The translations under genes and the position numbers were made by a program. Under the pieces are notes generated by a model. It was not told the origin of the DNA and made no database searches. It worked only from the letters and a program-made list of their open reading frames with translations. From Tubiluchus corallicola (lineage: Eukaryota > Animalia > Priapulida), in NCBI GenBank assembly GCA_030141605.1, contig JAQGDQ010000179.1, forward strand, positions 374,589 to 438,588: a DNA stretch of 64,000 nucleotides, in the 5' to 3' direction. Positions 52,287-64,000 of this stretch are shown here, one piece after another; the stretch's first letter is position 1; each line of letters opens with the position of its first letter.

Positions 52287-52297
52287 GCGCATGCGCA
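52287..52297. promoter_or_regulatory. NRF1-type motif GCGCATGCGCA
   Basis: Matches the NRF1 consensus ~900 bp upstream of the ATG of a nuclear-encoded mitochondrial gene. Motif match only. Confidence 0.4.
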
Positions 52298-53211
52298 AGA
52301 GTGTTAATCGGTCGCATTCTTGTCCGGAAAAGGATGCCGAAACGTTAGAACGCTTAAGTATTCTTTTTGGAATAAGATTTATTTTTTGTGGAACGAGTTC
52401 GAATCACTGGCACACATAAAGCTTTCCGAGTGACTCCAGCCCGCTCATACATCAACATCTTTAGCGCGTTACGCAATACATCATATTTCTTTAAATACAC
52501 ATGATTATAAACACGTACCACTGAAAGAAAAAACGAACCCGCAATGTTCATGCCGTAAAGTTGAACATTTAGAAATTAATACTAGGTTCTCACGATTTTT
52601 AAAATTTGCATCACTGTACAGATTGTTGTATTTGTGCAGGCCAGTTATGTCGTTATAGACAAAGTTCAGTTCAGTTAGGCACAGAATCAACTAATAACGG
52701 TAGATGGCTAAATAACCCTGTAAAATAACGGTAATATTAATGTTCTCTGACATAAGCCCAAACTGAAAAATCGATTATCGAAATCAGCTTATCGATTTTC
52801 CACCGGCTTAACGTAAAAGGCATAAAAATTTGTATAAGAGATTGAGCGGATGCATTAATAAGCTGCATAAGCCAAAGTTTTTTGTGCGAATAGTGTTGAT
52901 GTAGGCCTATAAAGCAGAAAATTTTTGTACGAATATTTACTATTATAAAATCGATAAATACGTAAAGTAATAAACGCTGATATTTCTGAGCTTATTAATG
53001 ATTTTTTGTCAAAAAAACAAGACTTGTATAAGTCTCATGGGATTTTGGTATTGTTATAAACATGGTGTAACTAGATCTTCTGTTCTTGTGCTGTTCACAA
53101 AAAACTCACAGCAGCATGCCTTAACCGCAGTGCAGCGTTTTGGTTTAAGATCCACGTGCGAATTTCATCGGTATCACATTTTTGTGTAGGCAAAGAATCT
53201 CGTTTGTCACA

Positions 53212-55831
53212 ATGCCGGAGAAATTTCGAGAAATTAACAAAGGATACAAATCTTTCGGGTTTGGATTAAGGTCTCTAAAAAAGAATTACGAGGTAGGTTA
53301 ATACAGCTGAGAATTCAGTCTGCTCAGTGTTTTTAATAGTCTGCTGAAAGACAGAAAGAGAGAGAGAAGGAGAGACAGAAATGCTGAAGCTGCAGTATAC
53401 ATGCACAAGATGTTATTGTTACGAATGTGATTTTCAGTGCGTCCTGCCAGTGATACTCTGAAGCCTACAGCAGGAAATCATTCGGCAGGACGCTGTAGAC
53501 TGCTTCCTTATGGGAAGACTTACTGTATTAAGGTCATAAACTATTTTTCTTCGAACGTTTATCAAGGTTTATAATTATAATACACCTCTTCTTGACTAGC
53601 ACTTGGTTTTGAAGGTTGTGGTGGTGGTGAAGAAATGAAACTAAGATAGTTAGCAAATCAAACACATGCATACACAAATTAAAATCAACATCAAAATAGC
53701 TTCAGGGCAAGATTGCAAAACTGAAAGGATGAAATGCAATAGCTACCTTTCCTCTTTCTTAAAATAGCTTAATATTAGCAAAGTAATCACTAGAACTGCT
53801 ATTGCGTATCTATAGCAGTGTATCGATATCTACAAAGACCAATACCAGTGAGTTTCATCTGGCCTAGTCTTGCAATATATTTAGGGGCTAATTTAAGCAG
53901 ATGCAGAAACAAAACTCCACAGCTTATAACAGCAACACCTAATATAGTGCTTCAGGGTTCAGACCTTACTACTTAATTAAGAGCTGAAAAATCACTTTAA
54001 GCTAGGTTAGATGAAACCGTAAAACTTATGGTTACTTGTGGAGCTACAAAAGTAGTACAGCACCAAGACGATTAGGTAAAAGACGATAACTTCTAAACTG
54101 TCACAAACACCTCAAATAATGACAAGTGAAGGAAAGCTAGCATTAATGAAATTATTACAGCCTGCAAAATGACCATCGAAAAAAACTAGCGGAAACTAAA
54201 TAATAAACGTCTGTAAGCCACTGAAATGTTGTTTATATCTTTTGTCATTTATTACTACGTTTACACTTTTTCCTTGTTAATTATAGCTCGTAACGCTACA
54301 TTTGGTATCGGCGTTTGTTAAAAAAAGTCAACATTGTCGTGTATCCCAGTTTCTCCTCTTTCCAAAGAGCTCTATATTTCCTTCCAAGACCCCCACCTAC
54401 TTAGACGTTTACTTGTACAATGTGTTCCTCTGGGTGCAGGACTGGTAGGTGAAATACCTCCAAAACGATAGTTTTTTGCCTATTGCCGGAGCACCGTGTA
54501 CAAAGAAAGCCCTAGAAGCGATAAGTGGGGATCTTGGGGCGAAATTTATCGCTCTTTCGAAAGACAGGAAGCCGGATTACACGACGATTACGTGTTTTTT
54601 TTAGAAGTGCCTCTACCAGGGTGAAGGGCCATCACGAGATAGTTTGAGGAACGTTTTTGGACGATTGTAGTTTGCATTGTTTGTTTGCTACATTAATCAC
54701 AATTTTTTTCAGCTTATTCCCATTGCTGGAATAATGGGGCTGTTCACCGTTGGATTAACCGGCTTTACACTTTACAGTTTATTTTACAAGACTGATGTTG
54801 TGTAAGTTTGTATTTATGACTCTTAGTGTAAGTTTATAAAAAATTATTATATTGTTACTCAGTACCATCATGCAGGCTTTAAAACAGATTTATGGTAATA
54901 AAATTTTCAAGGTAATAACACGCAAAGTAGGCCTATTATGATTTTATTTATTGAAATGTCATTACAGGATAAACAGAAATGCACCTCCAAGGTTTGAAGA
55001 GATCAATCCCGAACAACCACAGAAGGTAATGTAGTTACTTGCTCACCCACTTTTAAATCTCGCACAATTTCAATGCGGGAACACGCCGCGCGCTTATACA
55101 TGTTTCTTTTCAGAAGGTGTTTATGGAGTGCTGAAACCACTCAACTATTGTAAATTTCTTTTAATACAGGTTTCTGTTGGTATACTGATGACAGAACGTA
55201 AATAAAAATAGCTCGTGTATACGGGGCGTTCCAAAGAAAACAGTACTCTAACAAGTACTATAAGCATACCAACGTTAGACCAGACAAGGCCAATATGCCC
55301 AATAAGTATGGTCATGCTGAAAGAATTGTTTGTAATTGTAGCATTTTTATTATTTTTAATGACTGTGGTTTTAGATGTTCCTTGATATAATTGCAAATGT
55401 AGTTTTAATTGTGTATGTATTTTATGTAATCTGTGAGCTAGCTGCGAAATACAGAATCTAATCTGATCTAATCTAATCTAATCATGCCACAAAATATGGC
55501 AGGAAAATTGGATTTTGTATAGAGCTAGGAAATAATAATAATTTTTATATTATTGTGAAGCTAAATGCAGAAGTGCAAGTTAAGTTTGTCATATTTTTAC
55601 TGTATTGTTTTTTAATACCCTGTAGACTGACTCATTGATGAAAATAGAAATCGCTGCACGACATGCATCAAAGTAAATTTTCAGTTACTTGTTCATCGTG
55701 GTTGATACTCTATTAAAATTAATAGCTATACATTTGCTTTTTTGCAGTTTTATACGATTGCGCAAGAATATAAACGTATCCCGGAATTGGAAAGAGCGAA
55801 AAGAGAAGTCGCAGAGCTGAGGAGCTCATAG
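53212..55831 (+). CDS. C15orf48/NMES1-like (NDUFA4/COXFA4 family), copy 2, 103 aa; exons 53212-53292, 54713-54801, 54968-55025, 55748-55831
   Basis: MPEKFREINKGYKSFGFGLRSLKKNYE-LIPIAGIMGLFTVGLTGFTLYSLFYKTDVV-INRNAPPRFEEINPEQPQK-FYTIAQEYKRIPELERAKREVAELRSS*. Same exon sizes (81/89/58) as copy 1, 76/103 identical by hand count, AATAAA at ~55906. Confidence 0.85.
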
Positions 55832-56749
55832 ACTCTACTCTATTGCCAATAGGACATGTTCTCTATTGTTTAGTGATAATTGCGTCCCCGTGTTTTGTTG
55901 TAAATTAATAAAATTATGTAGTCGCTTTGTTTGTGATAACTTCTTTGCAACGTGGCCTATCGTTAGATGCTGCCATCATAATTATGCTGCTGTTCATACG
56001 TTTTGCCTTTCTGAACGTGACATACTTAGCTGCGTAATTAGTGAGAACTTAGCTTGATGCAGCCTAGCATCCCATTCAACTTGCCATAAAGGCAAAATTT
56101 TCTGTGGATTGATTGCAGACTTGCAGTTTTGCTAAATGAAAAGAAAGTCCAAGAATTTCAAATCAGTAAAAAAAGTAAAGCAGTTCTCCTACTCTTCTGT
56201 CTGTTGTATTGTGAACTTGTCAATTTTTTACAATAATCAGGCGCCGAAAGTCCTTAATTTAATTAAATTTATTAACACTCAATTAAAATTTACAGTGTAT
56301 ATACATAATTATAATAATACAACACTGTACATTACAATTCAATAAAAAATTACTGTAAAAAAAGTAAAATTTTGAGTGTTGGGAGGCACAATGAGAAAAA
56401 TTGCTTACGTATGCCTTTTATATTTCAGAATTATCAAGATCAGCTAAACATAACGTTTTACTCATTTAACAAACTTAACATTTGACATTTGTTGCTGTCA
56501 CAAGCAGTTCGCAGAATTTGGAAGTGAGTTACCCATAAGTGAACAAATCGGTTTGAAAAAAATTAAAACGTTTTATAAAATTTTGTTCTATGTACAAAAA
56601 CTTTCGTAGATCAGGTGGAGCCCCAGTAAAAATTTCTCAAACCTACTTCTTTATAAATGATTTTATAGCACATACACGATCATTTTGAATTCGTCTTTTT
56701 TAATAGCATTAAATTTGAGCTTTTAGTCTGTCAGGGTATGAGTTACCAA

Positions 56750-57192
56750 CCATAAAACATCTCAAAAGAGTTTACGATATCAATGTCATTCAGCTGATAT
56801 GGACACCATTATTTGAAATGGTAATGCCAAGACCACGCACAACAGCCGCTGATTCAGTTTGGTTATGTGAAATGAGATGGTTATTACTGGGATTGTCTCT
56901 ATCAATGTGTACAGCATTACACTTTTAGTAGCTATCTTTACCTGGCACGTATTTGCCCATTCAATGTGCTATCTAATATTCGTTGCATATCATACGACCT
57001 GTTCTTGTAAAGGACTGACAGAACTTGACATCATCAGCAAAGATATAGTACCTTTCAGGCAAATCATTGATGAAGAGCAAAATGCAGGGCCTATTTCAGG
57101 GGGGGGGGGAGTGGGGAAACTTCCCCAGGGCCTCACCCTCCAGGGGGCCTCGCGCCGAGGTAACATTTTTTTGGTTTATGCGAACATACTGC

Positions 57193-57243
<51 letters not shown>

Positions 57244-57990
57244 CCGCACGCGCGCCGCTTGCCTTGTGCGGCTGGGTGCGATGTTCAGCTGTTTTCAATT
57301 TCGGAATTTCTAACACCGGATGATTACCCGATTGCAAGATTGCTACTTGACAAGTATTAAGGACTGGTCTTGAGAATAAAGCAGTTTTTCTTTCAATTGT
57401 TCTTTCCTTTAACAACTTTAGCAGTTCAAAAATTTTCTGTGCGCCAACCACGCTTAAGCTGAAATAGGCCCTGGCAAAATGAATATTTCGTTGTGGTAAA
57501 GGTTATTCACCGGTCACGCAATTCAGAAATAAGCAATTCATTGTAACAGTGGACATTGTATACGAAAGACTGCAATTGTGCAAAAGACTTGTATTGATTA
57601 TACTGTATCAAAGACCTTTTCAAAATCCATTTAGCACTTTACCCCAGTTCTATTACAATGTTCCAGTCACACAAACATTCTAACAACTGTGTACATGTGA
57701 ACTTGCCTATCAGAAAACCACGTTGTTAACGAGATAAAAGATTTTTCATTGTTGGATATTTAATGACATCTTCTGCAATAACCATCTCCATCAAATTGCA
57801 TGTTACACTACTCAGCGTCACTGGTTTGTAGTTTTCTGGATCAGAACTTTCGCTTTTCTTTTGAATATTAGATTTACAACTACCAGTTTCCATTCTGTTG
57901 GTAAAACACCATCAACGAAAGACGTTTCACAAGTAATTGAAGAGGTGCAAATTACACATTAGCAAGAGATTTCATCTGAAGTTCGACGTT
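56750..57990 (-). mobile_element. Degenerate CR1-like LINE RT region
   Basis: NYKPVTLSS (~57810-57835), QRGFLIGK (~57700-57725), DFEKVFD (~57608-57628) and YIFADDVK (~57024-57048). Confidence 0.75.
57085..57473. mobile_element. hAT-like MITE (389 bp) inserted in the LINE remnant; contains (CT)n
   Basis: Perfect 15-bp TIRs cagggcctatttcag / ctgaaataggccctg and a perfect 8-bp target duplication gcaaaatg (57077-57084, 57474-57481). Confidence 0.92.
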
Positions 57991-58024
57991 TGATAACGCT
58001 GGACCAAAGCAAAATAATTACTAA

Positions 58025-61000
58025 CTAGCAAAGGCCCCGCAAAAGATTTTGCGTATAAATACACGTGTAATCAATAATACGCAAACGTCCTACCAAGTCC
58101 TCATTTATAACACAAAGCCCGTAACATCCTGCCTACTTACCTAACGCAGTAGGCTGTAGCAGCGTTTACTCGTGCCTACTGTATGCTTAACTAACGCAAA
58201 GCAGCTTTTTGCTGAATTAAGCCAGCAGAGTACAATGGATGACGTCAGCACAATGGAATTCGTCACAACAGTTTTCTAAGCGAAAATTGCCGAAAATAGA
58301 ACAGCTAATTAACTCGTCGGTACTCCTCTCGGTGGACCTGCCCTAACATATAGCCCACATCATCGTGTAGCCCTGTCCTTCCTCTTTGTAAAGAGCTATA
58401 TATCTCCTTCCCAGAGTCCCACCGGGCGACGCTAGAACGTTTTTCCCGCAGGCTGTTTGGTCAAAATTTCGAAAAAATCGCGAGTTGGGTCCGGGAAAAC
58501 GCCCGTTGCGGGGCGCCCTGGCCCTCTCGGGAATTCTAAATATGCCTACTACACCCACCGCTGAACGGGCTATCTATCCATACCCAGTACCCCCCTCGGC
58601 CCGTTCCCGTTCTCTACATCTCAGCCGTATAACTTTTGCAATTTTTTGCAAAAAACGGCCGAAAAAGGGCCATTTTTGGAGGTTTTTCGCCCCCCGTTCC
58701 TCCCGGTGGGCCCGATTCGAAAAATAAACCATCAATGGCACGACACTAGATCGAGACCTTTCGTTTGTTATATAGATTGCCGCAAATGGTGCCGTCGTCG
58801 AAGCTGTAGCCTCGAATCTTATATATATATATATACCAAGAATATTAATATAAGAGACTAGCCAAACCCCACAAAAAGAATTTTGTGCACAAATCAACAC
58901 ACAACCCACACCACACCACTCCACCTCATCACACCACACTGCACCACACCATACCACTCCACCTCATCGCACCACACTGCACCACACAATACCACCACAC
59001 CGCACCGCACCACACCATACCACCTACACACCACCCACACCATATCACTCCACCACATCACACCACAGTGCACCACAGCATACCACTGCATCACCCACAC
59101 ACCACACCACCCACACCATAATACTCCACCACATCACACCGCACAGCACCACACCACCCACCCACCTACACACCACACCACTCCACCACATCACACCACA
59201 CCGCACCACACCATACCACTGCAGCACACCACACCACCCACACACCACACCACACCACCCACACCATACGACTCCACCACATCACACCACACTGCACCAC
59301 ACCATATCACCACACCACACCACCCACACCATAATACTCCACCACATCACACCGCACTGCACCACACCATAACACCACACTGCACCACAACACCCACCCA
59401 TACACAAACCACGCCACCCACTCCATACCACACTACCCACACCACAACCCACACACCCTATCACCCCACCACACCATCCATAGCACAACACACAAAGCAC
59501 ACCACCACCACACCACATCAAATCCACCACCTCACGTGGTGATCATGATGTTGATGATGATGGTGGTGGTGGCAACGATGACGACACAAGCACCAACAGC
59601 ACAGCATTACAACAAAACCATTCCAAACATTTTTCACAAAGTTGAAACTATGTGCTATAATATAATAAATAGCAAAGGCCCCGCAAAAGATTTTGCGTAA
59701 AAAACCACGTGTAATCAATAATACGCGAACATCCTACCTAGTCCTCATTTATAACACAAAGCCCGTAACATCATGCCTACTGTTTGTTTAACTAACGCAA
59801 AGCCTGTAGCTTTTTGCTGAATTAAAGTTATAAGCAGAGTAGAATACAATGGATGACGTCACAACAATGCCTTTGCGTCAGCAGTTTTCTAAGCGAAAAT
59901 TGCCGAAAATGGAACCTCTAATTAACTCGTTGATACTCCTCTCGGTGGACCTGCCCTAAAATATATCCCACATCATCGTGTAGCCCTGTCCTTCCTCTTT
60001 GTAAAGAGCCCCATATCTCCTTCCGAGAGTCCCACCGGGCGCCGCTAGAACGTTTTTCCCGCATGCTGTTTGGTCAAAATTTCGAAAAAATCGCGAGTTG
60101 GGTCCGGGAAAACGCCCGTTGCGGGACGCCGTGGCCCTCTCGGGAATTCTAAATAGGCCTATGACACCCACCGCTGAACGGGCTATCTATCCATACCCAG
60201 CACCCCCCTCGGCCCGTTCCCGTTCTCTACATCTCAGCCGTATAACTTTTGCAAAAAACGGCCGAAAAGGGCCATTTTTGGAGGTTTTTCGCCTCCCGTT
60301 CCTCCCGGTGGGCCCGATTCGAAAAATAAACCATCAATGGCACGACACTAGATCGAGACCTTTCGTTTGATATATAGATCGCCGCAAATGGTGCCCTCGT
60401 CCGGGCTGTAGCCTCGAATCTTATATATATATAAATAAATAAATAATATATATACTAGCCAAACCCCACAAAAAGAATTTTGTGCACAAATCAACACACA
60501 ACCCACACCACACCACTCCACCCCATCACACCACACTGCACCACACCATACCACTCCACCTCATCGCACCACACTGCACCACACAATACCACCACACCGC
60601 ACCGCACCACATCATACCACCTACACACCACACCACCCACACCATACCACTGCACCACCCACACACCACACCACACCACCCACACCATAATACTCCATCA
60701 CATCACACCGCACAGCACCACACCATAACACCACACTGCACCACACCACCCACCCACCTACACACCACACCACTCACACCATACCACTCCACCACATCAC
60801 ACCGCACCACACCATACCACTGCAGCACACCACACCACCCACACACCACACCACACCACCCACACCATAATACTCCACACATTACACCACACTGCACCAC
60901 ACCATACCACTGCAGCACACCGCACCACCCACACACCACACCACCCACACCATACGACTCCACCACATCACACCGCACAGCACCACACCATAACACCACA

Positions 61001-64000
61001 CTGCACCACACCACCCACCCACCTACACACCACACCACCCACACCACCCACACCATACCATTCCACCACATCACACCACACCGCACCACACACACCCTAT
61101 CACCCCACCACACCATCCATAGCACAACACACAAAGCACACCGCCACCACACCACATCAAATCCACCACCTCACGTGGTGATCATGATGATGATGGTGGC
61201 AACGATGACGACACCTATAGCACAAGCACCAACAGCACAGCATTACAACAAAACCATTCCAAACATTTTTCACAAAGTTGAAACTATGTGCTATAATATA
61301 ATAAATAGCAAAGGCCCCGCAAAAGATTTTGCATAAAAACCACGTATAATCAATAATACGCGAACATCCTACCTAGTCCTCATTTATAACACAAAGCCCG
61401 TAACATCATGCCTACTGTTTGTTTAACTAACGCAAAGCCTGTAGCTTTTTGTTGAATTAAAGTTATAAGATTACAGCAGAGTACAATGGATGACGTCACA
61501 ACAATGGCATTGCGTCAGCAGCTTTCTAAGCGGAAATTGCCGAAAATAGAACTCCTAATTAACTCGCCAATACTCCTCTCGGTGGACCTGCCCTAAAATA
61601 TAGCCCACATCATCGTGTAGCCCTGTCCTTCCTCTTTGTAAAGAGCCCCATATCTCCTTCCGAGAGTCCCACCGGGCGCCGCTAGAACGTTTTTCCCGCA
61701 GGCTGTTTGGCCGAAATTTCGAAAAAATCGCGAGTTGGGTCCGGGAAAACGCCCGTTGCGGGACACCGTGGCCCTCTCGCGAATTCTAAATAGGCCTATG
61801 ACACCCATCGCTGAACGGGCTATCTATCCATACCCAGCACCACCCTCGGCCCGTTCCCGTTCTCTACATCTCAGCCGTATAACTTTTGCAAAAAACGCTC
61901 GAAAAAGGGCCATTTTTGGAGGTTTTTCGCCTCCCGTTCCTCCCGGTGGGCCCGATTCGAAAAATAAACCCCCAATGAGACGACACTAGATCGAGACCTT
62001 TCGTTTGATATATAGATCGCCGCAAATGGTGCCCTCGTCCGGGCTGTAGCCTCGAATCTTATATATAAATAAATATATAAATAAATATATATATATACCA
62101 AGAATATTAATATAAGAGACTAGCCAAACCCCACAAAAAGAATTTTGTGCACAAATCAACACACAACCCGCACCACACCACTCCACCCCATCACACCACA
62201 CTGCACCACACCATACCACTCCACCTCATCGCACCACACTGCACCACACAATACCACCACACCGCACCGCACCACATCATACCACCTACACACCACACCA
62301 CCCACACCATACCACTGCACCACCCACACACCACACCATACCACCCACACCATAATACTCCACATCACATCACACCGCACAGCACCACACCATAACACCA
62401 CACTGCACCACACCACCCACCCACCTACACACCACACCACTCACACCATACCACTCCACCACATCACACCACACCGCACCACACCATACCACTGCAGCAC
62501 ACCACACCACCCACACACCACACCACACCACACCACCCACACCATAATACTCCACACATTACACCACACTGCACCACACCATACCACTGCAGCACACCGC
62601 ACCACCCACACACCACACCACCCACACCATACGACTCCACCACATCACACCGCACAGCACCACACCATAACACCACACTGCACCACACCACCCACCCACC
62701 TACACACCACACCACCCACACCATACCATTCCACCACATCACACCACACCGCACCACACCATACCACCGCAGCACACCACACCACCCACACACCACACCA
62801 CCCATACCATACGACTCCACCACATCACCCCACACTGCACCACACCATACCACTGCACCACACCACACCGCTCCACCCACACACCACACCACACCACCCA
62901 CACCATAATACTCCACCACATCACACCACACTGCACCACACACCCACCCACCCACACACTACGCCACCCACTCCATACCACACTACCCACACCACACCAG
63001 ACACACCCTATCCCACATCACATCAAATCCACCACCTCACTTGGTGATCATGATGTTGATGATGATGATGGTGGCAACGATGACGACACCTATAACACAA
63101 GCACCAACAGCACAGCATTACAGCAAAACCATTCCAAACATTTTTCACAAAGTTGAAACTATGTGCTATAATATAATAAATAGCAAAGGCCCCGCAAAAG
63201 ATTTTGCGTAAAAAACCACGTATAATCAATAACACGCGAACATCCTACCTAGTCCTCATTTATTACACAAAGCCCGTAACATCATGCCTACTGTTTGTTT
63301 ATCTAACGCAAACCCGTAGCAGGCAGCTTTTTGCTGAATTAAAGTTATAAGATTACAGCAGAGTACAATGGATTACGTCACAACAATGGCATTGCGTCAG
63401 CAGCTTTCTAAGCGGAAATTGCCGAAAATAGAACTCCTAATTAACTCGCCAATACTCCTTTCGGTGGACCTGCCCTAACATATAGCCCACATCATCGTGT
63501 AGCCCCGTTCTTCTTCTTTCTAAAGAGCCGTATATCTCCTTCCGAGAGTCCCACCGGGCGCCGCTAGAACGTTTTTCCCGCAGGCTGTTTGATCAAAATT
63601 TCGAAAAAATCGCGAGTTGGGTCCGCGAAAACGCCCGTTACGGGACCCCGTGGCCCTCTTGGGAATTCTAAATAGGCCTATGACACCCACCGCTGAACGG
63701 GCTATCTATCCATACCCAGCACCCCCCTCGGCCCGTTCCCGTTCTCTACATCTCAGCCGTATAACTTTTGCAAAAAACGGCCGAAAAATGGCCATTTTTG
63801 GAGGTTTTTCGCCTCCCCTTCCTCGCTGTGGGCCCAATTCGAAAAATAAACCCCCAATGAGACGACACTAGATCGAGACCTTTCGTTTGATATATAGATC
63901 GCCGCAAATGGTGCCCTCGTCCGGGCTGTAGCCTCGAATCTTATATATAAATAAATATATAAATAAATATATATATATACCAAGAATATTAATATAAGAG
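58025..64000 (-). mobile_element. Head-to-tail array of a non-autonomous Helitron-like element (units 58025-58857, 58858-60454, 60455-62119, 62120->64000)
   Basis: On the minus strand: 5' TC start, subterminal hairpin 8-9 nt before terminal CTAG, CTAG|TC junctions, and array end CTAG|T. A ~830-bp conserved body recurs four times, separated by variable (CACCA)-type tracts. No RepHel ORF is present. Confidence 0.75.
58900..63035. repeat. Three degenerate (CACCA/CAC)n satellite tracts inside the array (~58900-59530, ~60497-61170, ~62160-63035)
   Basis: Directly visible; tract length differs between units. Confidence 0.95.

Noticed and set aside
58883-63047. Long His/Thr/Pro-rich and Val/Trp/Cys/Gly-rich ORFs
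   Set aside because: These are translations of (CACCA)n satellite, open in several frames on both strands, with frames not conserved between units.

Overview
This is AT-rich eukaryotic DNA from an invertebrate animal (taxon not determinable), with spliced genes that the ORF track mostly misses. Minus strand: exon 1 of a fatty-acid-binding protein gene (rest lies left of the window), and complete PTEN (9 coding exons, one U12-type and one GC-AG intron), Abraxas/FAM175 (8 exons, C-terminal SxSPxF) and TFG (8 coding exons) genes. Plus strand: a tandem pair of 4-exon C15orf48/NMES1 (NDUFA4/COXFA4 family) genes. Transposon content includes CR1/L2-type LINE remnants, three hAT-like MITEs with 8-bp target duplications (two in nested arrangements with LINEs), a pogo/Tigger deletion derivative and small MITEs. 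From 58025 to the end is a head-to-tail array of a non-autonomous Helitron-like element with two alternative 3' termini. The most notable structures are this array, a ~330-bp intronic inverted repeat bracketing the first two coding exons of one NMES1-like paralog, and the paralog pair itself. Exon coordinates were read and translated by hand; homology calls rest on remembered family motifs, not database searches.
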